DNA of 64,000 nt, from NCBI GenBank assembly GCA_947462815.1, contig CANHQR010000013.1, forward strand, positions 3,520 through 67,519, given 5' to 3'. Made by a program: the position numbers and the translations under genes. This stretch comes from Pseudobdellovibrionaceae bacterium (GTDB lineage Bacteria > Bdellovibrionota > Bdellovibrionia > Bdellovibrionales > JAMPXM01). The notes under the pieces are model-generated. The model searched no databases, was not told where the DNA came from, and saw nothing but the letters and a program-made list of their open reading frames with translations. This document shows, in pieces, positions 8,764 to 17,064 of this stretch (its first letter is position 1; every line of letters begins with the position of its first letter).

Positions 8764-9747
8764 ATGGTGCCGAATGAAGAACTTTGGAGTTTGTTTCGAC
8801 TGTCGGATCGTCATCAATTCGACAATCTGACCATCGACAAAGTGGAGTTTCTCTTTAACGCCCTCCCTGAGGCGTTACGTCGCGACTGGATCATGTGGCG
8901 AGAGGGCTTCACTGGGTGGAAGTCCTTTAATGAATTTCCTGTGATTCTTCAGCAGATTCGGCAAGGCGGAAGATTGGGTGCGCAGCCGCCTCCTGTTCCG
9001 CAGGCCGTTTTGAAAATTGCCGAGGAGATCAGCGAGATCGTGGAAGTCAGTCGTGTTCACAACCTCGATGGCAGCACGGACGAGGCGACCGTTCCGGAGC
9101 CCACGCTGCAAAGCGGGCAAAGCCTACCGGACTCTGACGTTGTTACAATTGGTGAACCCTCCACGCAGGCTCCCTCGCCGCGCGCGCCAGTGCAGCCGCC
9201 GATCGAGAAGCTCAGCTTGGATCGTCACGGAAAAACGGCGGCGGGAGCTCCAGCGAATTCTCACGTGGCCGTGCCCAACGTGGCGGCTGGCGGTCAGGCG
9301 ACTAAAGCCACTCAGTCGCGCAACGCCACCAAACCGAAAGTTATCGTGCCCGCCAAGGCCCAGATGAAGCCGGGCCAGGGTGTGCGCGTGATCAACCTTC
9401 CCGACGAAGCGACGCTTTCGCTGATGTTGGAGTCGCAAGTTGCCAATGAAGACAATCGCGCCGCCCGCTACCGCAAGCGATTTCCTATTCGAATTTCACA
9501 CGGTGGTCGAGTTTGGGAGAGTTCGACAATTGATATCTCGATGTCGGGCATGCGCATCCGCGACTCCTTACCTCAGGGATTGCCGCGATTTTTCAACGTC
9601 GAAGTGGATCTTGGGCCCGAGGGGAAAATTCCTTTGGTTTGCAGTGAAGTGAAAGATGATCCGACGGCCCACCAAGGGACTCGCTTGCGAATTCAAGTCA
9701 ATGATCATCAGACGGCCCTGAAGTCGGCCCTGTTCCAAGCCTCCTAA
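8764..9747 (+). CDS. PilZ domain protein with GYF_2-like N-terminal region
   Basis: C-terminal PilZ signatures RAARYRKRF (RxxxR) and DISMSGMRI (DxSxxG). N-terminal Trp-rich region WIMWREGFTGWKSFNEFP, then a long Pro/Ala/Gln linker. Start set at ATG 8764 behind GGAGGA (track start 8671). Confidence 0.75.
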   Translation: MVPNEELWSLFRLSDRHQFDNLTIDKVEFLFNALPEALRRDWIMWREGFTGWKSFNEFPVILQQIRQGGRLGAQPPPVPQAVLKIAEEISEIVEVSRVHNLDGSTDEATVPEPTLQSGQSLPDSDVVTIGEPSTQAPSPRAPVQPPIEKLSLDRHGKTAAGAPANSHVAVPNVAAGGQATKATQSRNATKPKVIVPAKAQMKPGQGVRVINLPDEATLSLMLESQVANEDNRAARYRKRFPIRISHGGRVWESSTIDISMSGMRIRDSLPQGLPRFFNVEVDLGPEGKIPLVCSEVKDDPTAHQGTRLRIQVNDHQTALKSALFQAS

Positions 9748-10140
9748 AGACAGGCGCGTCGACCTGTTACGGGGATGCTTTGGCTTGAGCTCAGATCACG
9801 TCGGTCAGCGCTCAATTCAGAACTCACCCAGGCTGAAAAACGTCCCTCCATCACCCAAAGGCGGCTCGGGCACGTGGTCGGCGAGCTCCCCCATGAGACG
9901 GAAGGGCTGCCCTCGGTGGGGCGGAGGGCTCTTCTATTTTTCCCCGCGCGTGAATGGGCTGGGTTCTCAATTTTCGCTCCAAGGCAATTTGTCGGCATAA
10001 GAGTTGCGTCACCGTTGGCTTTTGAGCCGCGGCTAGAGCTTTCGATGGGACCGATGGGGGAGCTTCCCTGGGTCTTTCGATACCTCGATCAACCGCCCGG
10101 GCTCGTTCAAAAGCTGATCTGAATATTTTGAGGAGGTCAC

Positions 10141-12519
10141 ATGTCGACGCATGGAAAGGTTCGCCGAAGAATCGTGCTCGGATTGGCTGCGGCCTCGGCC
10201 CTCGTTGCGCTTCGCTCGCCCGCTCAAGCGCAATGGAGCATCTTCGAGACTGGCGAACTCAAAGAGAGCGAGATTCTTGCGGCCTCGTCGACAGATGCTT
10301 TGCCGGTGCAATCTGCGCGCGTCATCGTCGATAACGATGCGGCCTTCCAAACCAAACTCGAAGCGATTCGCTCGGCGAAATTGAGCATTCGCATGGTCTA
10401 TTACATCTACTCGGACGATCATTCGTCGTCAGTTTTGAGTGAAGAGCTCATTGCCGCTGCTCGGCGCGGCGTTCAGGTGAAGCTCTTGCTGGATTATCAC
10501 ACGAATCACAAGCATCTGGATCTGCTCGCCGCGATGATGAGAGAGGGCAACACAGGTCGAGGTCGTCTCGAAGTGCGTCTCTTTAACGGACCAACTCTCG
10601 AGATCAAGAAGGACTCCAAATTTCTTGTCTCAGCTTGCAGCGCACAGGCCGCTCGACAAGGCGGTACGGCTTGTTCAGACGAAAAGCTCGCGGCTGTCGA
10701 GCGATTCTTTGCTCAAGATCCGACGGGACAGTCCTCCTTCTTCCTCAATCTCTTCCTCTCCGCGCTGTATTCGAAAAACGTCGCAGCTCTGCAGCTTGCG
10801 GCTATTGAAGGCTCGGGATTCAATCCCGCTGCGACGGCCAGTGCTCAGCCCAGCAAAGAAGAGATCGAACAGTTGATGGAGTTTGGTCGTCTCGTATTCG
10901 ATGCGAAGTTTCGCGGTAGTCTTCAAGCGAAGATCAAACTGGGTTTGGCCTTTGCGATGTACGGCGAGAAGTTAGGGCCCATTTATAACATGTTGACCAG
11001 CACTTTGCCTGTTGAGCGAGAGCGCAACGAAGCGGCAAAGATGGACTGGAAACATCTCACCGACTTTACCCACCACAAACTGCTCGCGGTCGACGATACC
11101 TTCATTCAGTTGGGTGGTCGAAATATCGAAGACTCCTACCATATGCAGGCGAACGAGCTCACCGCGAAATACATCTTCATGGACACCGACATGGTGGTTC
11201 GCTTGCGACAGGCACATCCGGGTGTTGCGGCATCCTATGATCGACTTTTCAATTTCCGCGCGATGAGTGTACCGCTGGCGGATGTGAAGCGCGAAGCCCC
11301 AATTGGACTGTTGAAGAACCTCCCCCTCGTGCAGCAGGCCGTTGCCAGCTGTGCGAACACCAAAGCTTCGCAGCCCGCTCGCTATGAAAACTGTGTGGCC
11401 ACAGCTTACTCGCGTGCGACCGTGGTGAGCGACGACACTCGTCAGGACGAAGCGCTCCGACTCATGCGACAAAAGGCGCAGATCTATCGCACCCGCTACC
11501 AGCCCCGTATTCAAGAAACTTGGCGTGCGGCGCTCCAGCAGGGCGACGAACTATCCGCCCAAGACGTGCGGAGTATGTTGCTCACTTACATCGAGAATGT
11601 GCCCTACGATAAATCTGTGGCGGTAGGTCAAGAACGCCGCAAGTACGGCGTCGACAATGGTCGCGATGAACGAAGTGGAAAATACATACATAGCCTTTGG
11701 ACTCAGTCGCTCCGCCACGTCTGCCGTGAAACTTCGCGCTCCGGGCAGCGACAGCGAGTGATCCTTCACCAAGGCTATGTGCTCATGCCTTCGAATCTCA
11801 TGATCGCTTTGGGATCGATGGTGAACGGCGATTGGGACTGCCGCAACGTGGAAGTCATCATTCTCACCAACTCTCCGGAAACGACGGATTTGAATATCAT
11901 CAACTTCTTTGCGCGCCATCAGCTCAAAGCGCTCCTTGATTTTGCGGCGACAACTCCTGCCCCCACGAAGGCTCGCATTCGCGTGATGGAGCACAAGGCG
12001 CCCAGCGACGGATCGAAAGTTCGCTCACTCCACAGCAAGCTGAATATCATCGGCAACGATGTGATTCTCGGTTCGGCGAATGCCGATGTGCGATCCTACT
12101 ATATGGATACGAACAATGCTTTCTTCTTCAGGGGCGCAACAGACTTTGTGCGCGATTATCAAGCCTATGTTGCTCGCTTGATGGCTGACCGAAACAAAGT
12201 CGGCGATTTGTCGCAACAGTTGTTGCGTCAGTCGAGACAAGATCTCATCCGTGAAGATCTTCAGGCGATTCGTGCCTTAGTACAAAGGTACGACAAACAA
12301 GGTCGGATTACGCCCGAACGGCTGGAGTTGATCAATCAGCAAGTGGTTCGAGTTTTGAACTTTACCTTCGAGACGAATCAGAAACTCGTGAACCGAAACA
12401 TGATTGAACTGCAAACGCCGCCGAGTGATAGCGCCTCGCATGGTCAAGAAGATGGCGAGCGAATGCGCTTGCAGAACGAGCTGGCCGACGAATTCAACTC
12501 ATTGATGATGTTGTTGTAA
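10141..12519 (+). CDS. secreted phospholipase D superfamily protein (two HKD-type motifs)
   Basis: Signal peptide (LGLAAASALVALRSPAQA). HHKLLAVDDTFIQLGGRNIEDSY and LHSKLNIIGNDVILGSANADVRSY. GAGGAGG SD before the ATG. Confidence 0.85.
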   Translation: MSTHGKVRRRIVLGLAAASALVALRSPAQAQWSIFETGELKESEILAASSTDALPVQSARVIVDNDAAFQTKLEAIRSAKLSIRMVYYIYSDDHSSSVLSEELIAAARRGVQVKLLLDYHTNHKHLDLLAAMMREGNTGRGRLEVRLFNGPTLEIKKDSKFLVSACSAQAARQGGTACSDEKLAAVERFFAQDPTGQSSFFLNLFLSALYSKNVAALQLAAIEGSGFNPAATASAQPSKEEIEQLMEFGRLVFDAKFRGSLQAKIKLGLAFAMYGEKLGPIYNMLTSTLPVERERNEAAKMDWKHLTDFTHHKLLAVDDTFIQLGGRNIEDSYHMQANELTAKYIFMDTDMVVRLRQAHPGVAASYDRLFNFRAMSVPLADVKREAPIGLLKNLPLVQQAVASCANTKASQPARYENCVATAYSRATVVSDDTRQDEALRLMRQKAQIYRTRYQPRIQETWRAALQQGDELSAQDVRSMLLTYIENVPYDKSVAVGQERRKYGVDNGRDERSGKYIHSLWTQSLRHVCRETSRSGQRQRVILHQGYVLMPSNLMIALGSMVNGDWDCRNVEVIILTNSPETTDLNIINFFARHQLKALLDFAATTPAPTKARIRVMEHKAPSDGSKVRSLHSKLNIIGNDVILGSANADVRSYYMDTNNAFFFRGATDFVRDYQAYVARLMADRNKVGDLSQQLLRQSRQDLIREDLQAIRALVQRYDKQGRITPERLELINQQVVRVLNFTFETNQKLVNRNMIELQTPPSDSASHGQEDGERMRLQNELADEFNSLMMLL

Positions 12520-12724
12520 TGGGCAGAGATCCCGTTTTCTCCATGAAAAGCCCGCCGCTCCAAGAGTGCGGCGCGCCGGCCCTATGAGGTTCAGTTCGAC
12601 GATGTTTCTCCCCATAAAAGTTTATTTGACCTGAAGAATTTCGTTGTCGGCGTCCTTTGTAAGAGTGCTAGAACCCTCGGAGTGAATCTCGGCCCATAGC
12701 GGGCGAAGAGCAAGGGGCTTGAGC

Positions 12725-13906
12725 ATGGTGATTCTCGAACAAATCCGCACAGAGACTCCTCCGTTCATGAAGTCGCAAAGAGATTCGCTGACGTGGCTTT
12801 CGGAGGCGTTTAGCGCCGCTTCTCGTGCGTCGTCTCAAGCCGAGAACCTCAAGACCGAATCCCCCGACTTTGAGAGGCTCTTGGAAAAGGTGGGAGTCAA
12901 GCCGGCTCAGGTGGGCCATCGCGGCCATTATCTGCCGGATTATGCTCAAGCTCTTCACGATGGAGCACCGAACTCGATTTTTACCCGCCAGGTCCCAGAG
13001 GGAAGGGGCCTCGATGAGCGAATGCGATTCTACGCGGAATGTTCTCATGAAATCGTCAATCGACTTTTGCCTCTCCAAGAATTTCGAAGGCTCCCTCGGG
13101 CCGGGGAGCCGCCGCGACCCCGCGACCTGATTCATGTGTCCTGCACGGGCTATGTCTCTCCCAGCCCGACGCAAAACTGGATCGCTCAACATGAGCTGCA
13201 TGAGAGCGTGCAAAGCTACCATCTCTATCACATGGGTTGTTACGCCGCTCTCCCGGCGATACGGCTGGCGGAGAGCTTGGCGCGAACTCAACGCGAGGTA
13301 CACATTGTGCACACCGAGCTTTGTACCTTGCACTTGAGAACTCGCGACCCGCGCCTCGAGGATCTGGTGATTCATAGTCTATTTGCCGACGGAGCTGTGG
13401 CTTATAAGGTGAGGTCGCTTGAGATGAGTCTCGAATCGGACGCCGAGGCTCGGGAAATCGATGCACTCGAATTGGTGAAGAGTGCTGAAGCGATCATTCC
13501 CAATTCGTCCTCGGCGATGACTTGGGGCCTGGGGGCTGCGGCATTTCACATGACTCTGTCGAAAGATGTGCCTCGCTGGGTGGGGGGACGTCTTCCGGGT
13601 CTACTTCGAGAAGTTGGATTTTCATTGAATATCGAAGACGAGGGAGTCGTCTGGGCGATTCACCCGGGAGGCCCCAAAATCATCGATCATCTCCAAGAGG
13701 TCTTCCGACTCAAAGACCATCAGATTCAGCATTCTCGCAAGATTCTATTTGAGCGGGGCAATATGTCCTCGGCGACTTTGCCTTATGTTTGGAAGGAGAT
13801 TCTTGAAGACTCGCGAGTCCCACATGGGGCCGATGTTTTGGCTATGGCGTTTGGCCCCGGTCTTACGATTTGCCTCCAGCACTTCCGCGTGAATCGGGTG
13901 AGCTAA
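12725..13906 (+). CDS. type III polyketide synthase (chalcone/stilbene synthase family)
   Basis: Catalytic Cys in LIHVSCTGYVSPS, His in WAIHPGGPKIIDHL, Asn in RGNMSSATLPYVW. Also HMGCYAA, LFADGAVA, AFGPGLT. TTG 12719 is an alternative start. Confidence 0.88.
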   Translation: MVILEQIRTETPPFMKSQRDSLTWLSEAFSAASRASSQAENLKTESPDFERLLEKVGVKPAQVGHRGHYLPDYAQALHDGAPNSIFTRQVPEGRGLDERMRFYAECSHEIVNRLLPLQEFRRLPRAGEPPRPRDLIHVSCTGYVSPSPTQNWIAQHELHESVQSYHLYHMGCYAALPAIRLAESLARTQREVHIVHTELCTLHLRTRDPRLEDLVIHSLFADGAVAYKVRSLEMSLESDAEAREIDALELVKSAEAIIPNSSSAMTWGLGAAAFHMTLSKDVPRWVGGRLPGLLREVGFSLNIEDEGVVWAIHPGGPKIIDHLQEVFRLKDHQIQHSRKILFERGNMSSATLPYVWKEILEDSRVPHGADVLAMAFGPGLTICLQHFRVNRVS

Positions 13907-13907
13907 A

Positions 13908-14447
13908 ATGTGGTCGGAGTTGAATCTGGGTCCTCGCCTTTCGCAGATGGAGCGCCCGGAGCTCGCCTATGCCCTGGGTGGGCTTTTGATTGTACAAGGC
14001 CTCGCCATGTTGGTGGATGAGTTCTACTTTCATCATCGCCGAGGTCTCGGGAGGTGGGAGCGAATCGGGCATCCGGTCGACACTTTGATGTTTATGCTCG
14101 CCTTGGGCGTGCTCCTCCAATCGGGATGGAGTCTTCTCTCAGCGAGCCTTGCGATCTTCAGTGCCTTGCTGGTCACGAAAGACGAATGGGTGCATCGGCG
14201 AGAGGCTCCTGCGGCTGAACAATGGCTTCATTCGATTCTGTTTCTTCTGCACGGTTTGATCCTTGGGCTCGCCGGAGAGTTGGGGGAGCAGGTCGTCCTC
14301 AGTGCAGGTGCGACGCTATTACTGCTTGCGCCGATCGGAATGTTCTTTTTCTACCAAGTGCTTTATTGGCAGAGCTGGAGGCTTTTGCGTTCGAAACGCC
14401 CTTCCCACCTCAGTTCGTCATCTGGGAGGAGCCCTCATGAGTCGTGA
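13908..14447 (+). CDS. polytopic His-rich membrane protein of unknown function (PKS operon)
   Basis: ATG lies 1 nt after the PKS stop. 4-5 hydrophobic helices; loop motifs VDEFYFHHRRG and KDEWVHRRE plus further His residues. No family recognised. Confidence 0.6.
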   Translation: MWSELNLGPRLSQMERPELAYALGGLLIVQGLAMLVDEFYFHHRRGLGRWERIGHPVDTLMFMLALGVLLQSGWSLLSASLAIFSALLVTKDEWVHRREAPAAEQWLHSILFLLHGLILGLAGELGEQVVLSAGATLLLLAPIGMFFFYQVLYWQSWRLLRSKRPSHLSSSSGRSPHES

Positions 14448-15255
14448 ACGCGAAACGCCTGCGAGATCCGCTCGCGTCGCCGATGCGCCTCGCGATCGTG
14501 AGATTGTGAATAACAGCTATTATGATCAATTGGGTGAGGCTTGGTTCACAGCCGAAGCCGATCCCATTGCGCTCCTTCGTGCCGAAGGAAAACTGAAGAA
14601 TGCTTGGGTGCTGGAGAACTTGAGGCGCACTCATCCGGAGCTCTTGCAGGGCGTTGGCTCGGTTCTCGATGTGGGTTGTGGGGGCGGTTTTCTGAGTCTC
14701 GAGCTCGCTCGTCATGGAGTGAAGACTGTCGGATTGGATTACTCACAACCCACAATCGATGCGGCTCAAAGGCGAGCCCAGCAAGAAGCGCCGAGTGCAC
14801 CTTTAACTTATATCCAAGGGGATGCGTACGCTTTGCCGTTTGAAAACGAGAGTTTTCATGTCGTCACCTGTATGGACTTTTTAGAGCACGTCAGCGAGCC
14901 CCAGCGTGTGATTGCCGAGATCAGCCGCGTACTGAAGCCAGGCGGCTGTTTTTATTTTCACACCTTCAATCGCAATCGCCTCGCACAACTTGTGGTCATT
15001 AAAGGCCTGGAGTGGTTTGTTCGCAATACACCCAAAGACCTTCACGTCTACGAGCTCTTCATTAAGCCCCGAGAGCTTGAATTATGGATGAACCAGCATC
15101 AGCTCGAAGCTCAGGAGTTTCGGGGGCTTCGGCCCCGAGTCGGGCGTTGGGCCTTTTGGCGTATGCTGGGTACGGGGTATATAGCGCCGGATTTTGAATT
15201 CACTTGGTGTCGCTCGCTTGCGGTTTCTTACGCTGGCTGGGCGGTCAAGTGTTGA
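14437..15255 (+). CDS. class I SAM-dependent methyltransferase, UbiG-like
   Basis: Motif I VLDVGCGGGFLSLELARHG, then QGDAYALPFENESFHVVTCMDFLEHV and LKPGGCFYFHTFNR. ATG 14437 sits behind GGGAGGA and overlaps the upstream stop by 11 nt. Confidence 0.85.
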   Translation: MSRERETPARSARVADAPRDREIVNNSYYDQLGEAWFTAEADPIALLRAEGKLKNAWVLENLRRTHPELLQGVGSVLDVGCGGGFLSLELARHGVKTVGLDYSQPTIDAAQRRAQQEAPSAPLTYIQGDAYALPFENESFHVVTCMDFLEHVSEPQRVIAEISRVLKPGGCFYFHTFNRNRLAQLVVIKGLEWFVRNTPKDLHVYELFIKPRELELWMNQHQLEAQEFRGLRPRVGRWAFWRMLGTGYIAPDFEFTWCRSLAVSYAGWAVKC

Positions 15256-15618
15256 ACGGGTTGAACTGAATCGAATTCGGGGACTGGTTGGTGCCCTTGA
15301 TTGTCGATGAACTCAGGCGGGAAGAGGCCTAGCTGACCCCAATATTGGCGGGCTTGAAATCCCGATACGATCCAAGACGCCATCTCTTGCCGCCTCTTGC
15401 GGATTAAGTGCGGATAAAGTGCCGATGAAGCGCCTTTGAGCGCCTTTTCGAACATCACCGAACAAAATCGCGCCTGGCGCAAGTTTCGCAGTTCGCAATC
15501 TATAAGACGAAGCCGCTGTCTGTCGGGTTGAGACAAGGTTGGAGTTCAGGGCCCGTAGGGGCCGAAGTCGAACGCTTATCGGCCTAAGGCGGTTTAACTC
15601 AAAACTGAGGAGCACTTT

Positions 15619-16338
15619 GTGGAACGTGAGTTCAAAACTCGAGCATCGGTTCGCCCAACGAATTCTTCAATCCGCCTTGGGTCTGGACGCTTGCAGAGCA
15701 TCGCCCGTGCGACCGCACTCATGGCCGCTTTGGCCACGTCGATGACGAGCACTCTTCTGCCGTCCTTTGCGCGCGCGGACAAGTATGCGGTGAGTTTAGA
15801 TCGAGCGATCTCTGTCCTGCAGCGGGATTCGAGTTCCGCATTGCAAATTCAAATCCTAGGTCAAGGCTCTGACGCTCTTGCTGTATTCAACATCTGTGAA
15901 CAAACCGGTACAGGCGCGGGCAGTGTGCGTTGTGAGCCCATCGGGAGAACTTCGGGTTACTCGGTGACGGAGCTGCAAGCTAAGGAGCGCCGGGCGCAGA
16001 CGCGAGCTGTTCAATCTCTCGCCATCAACATCGGCGCAGGCCTTCTCGGTACTGTGGTGGCCGGTGCAGGAACGCGAACTCTCTTGCAGAACACGAATCC
16101 TGCATTCCTCAACGGCAATGCCGCTCAGCAATTGGTGGGTGCCCTTGCGATTGGCCTTGGAGCTGGTGTGGGCGGTAGTGCGGCAGGTGGAGTCGCCTAC
16201 TATATTTTGCGACCTGATGCGGCCTTCGAGGCGCGCGATTTGTTCCGTGTCGCTCGCGATGGATCTGTTGGCGTTGTGGTGGACGATCTTCCCAGTGTGG
16301 TCGACGCGGTGACTTCAATCTTAATGTCCGAAGACTGA
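15619..16338 (+). CDS. secreted/membrane glycine-zipper protein, paralogue 1
   Basis: GAGGAG 6 nt before GTG 15619. Signal-like ATALMAALATSMTSTLLPSFARA, Cys motif CEQ..VRCEPIGRTSGY, Gly-zipper runs GAGLLGTVVAGAG and GALAIGLGAGVGGSAAGG. Confidence 0.55.
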   Translation: MEREFKTRASVRPTNSSIRLGSGRLQSIARATALMAALATSMTSTLLPSFARADKYAVSLDRAISVLQRDSSSALQIQILGQGSDALAVFNICEQTGTGAGSVRCEPIGRTSGYSVTELQAKERRAQTRAVQSLAINIGAGLLGTVVAGAGTRTLLQNTNPAFLNGNAAQQLVGALAIGLGAGVGGSAAGGVAYYILRPDAAFEARDLFRVARDGSVGVVVDDLPSVVDAVTSILMSED

Positions 16339-16365
16339 TGGGCTTAATGTCCGAAGACTGAAGGG
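16320..16365 (+). repeat. 23-bp tandem duplication (2 copies, 22/23 identical) spanning the stop codon of the upstream gene
   Basis: cttaatgtccgaagactgatggg / cttaatgtccgaagactgaaggg read directly from the sequence. Confidence 0.9.
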
Positions 16366-16410
16366 TGAGCTGAAAAAACCAAGCCCGCCATTTTGGCAAG
16401 GAGCTCAAGC

Positions 16411-17055
16411 ATGCGAAGCCTGAGGCTGGCATTGGTCATGGCCCTTCTCTGGAGCCCGACCCCACATGGTTTGGCATGGGCATCGAGTGATTCCGCCGTA
16501 CGGCCCGATGCCAACGTCATCAATCGGGTTCGGCCTCTGAGTGCTGAGATTCGTACGGTGACCTCGGCCGACTTGCGAAGGCAACTCGTCTACTGTGAGA
16601 TGGGTCGGTGTCGACCCATCGGCTCAACGCAAGGATATCGACCTGATGTTTGGGCGCAGATCGGTCAGCTGTGTTTAGATCGCTCGCGCTGGCAGGGGCC
16701 ATCGCAAATCCTCGTCCAAACATTGATCGTTCTTGCTGCGGTTCGCACGGGATCGGGCTTGCTCTATATGCTCGGTGGCGCAGGTATGGGGGATCTGTCG
16801 ACACAAGGCGAACACTCTGCTCGTGGCGCCGATTGGGAGACCGCAGGCCAACGCCTCCCTGGACTTATGCGAGAAAACGAAAGTCACATGCTGTCCATCG
16901 ATGCCTTCGTCTCGCTTCGCAATGGTCTGAGATCTTGTGTGAAGCTGTATGAAGATCGACGCATTTTTCAACGGCTGCTGCAGGTCTGTCCCAATCCTCT
17001 GATCTGTTCGGCGGAGGCCAAGGCCTGGGCCGAACGCCCAGACGATGAGGCTTGA
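16411..17055 (+). CDS. secreted/membrane glycine-zipper protein, paralogue 2
   Basis: AAGGAG 7 nt before ATG 16411. Signal peptide LRLALVMALLWSPTPHGLAWA. Shares YCE.GRCRPIGSTQGY and a YMLGGAGMG Gly-zipper with the upstream ORF. Confidence 0.55.
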   Translation: MRSLRLALVMALLWSPTPHGLAWASSDSAVRPDANVINRVRPLSAEIRTVTSADLRRQLVYCEMGRCRPIGSTQGYRPDVWAQIGQLCLDRSRWQGPSQILVQTLIVLAAVRTGSGLLYMLGGAGMGDLSTQGEHSARGADWETAGQRLPGLMRENESHMLSIDAFVSLRNGLRSCVKLYEDRRIFQRLLQVCPNPLICSAEAKAWAERPDDEA

Positions 17056-17064
17056 GCGTCAATT

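Noticed and set aside
9775-10122. 115-aa plus-strand ORF filling most of the 390-bp PilZ-PLD intergenic region.
   Set aside because: No SD, several rare codons (aga, agg, cta, ata) and an Arg/Leu/Pro-rich translation without motifs. The region may instead hold the PLD promoter and leader. Left unannotated.
15228-15536. 102-aa minus-strand ORF downstream of the methyltransferase gene.
   Set aside because: It has only a TTG start with no SD, overlaps the methyltransferase 3' end by 28 nt and has no motif. It cannot be excluded, but support is insufficient.
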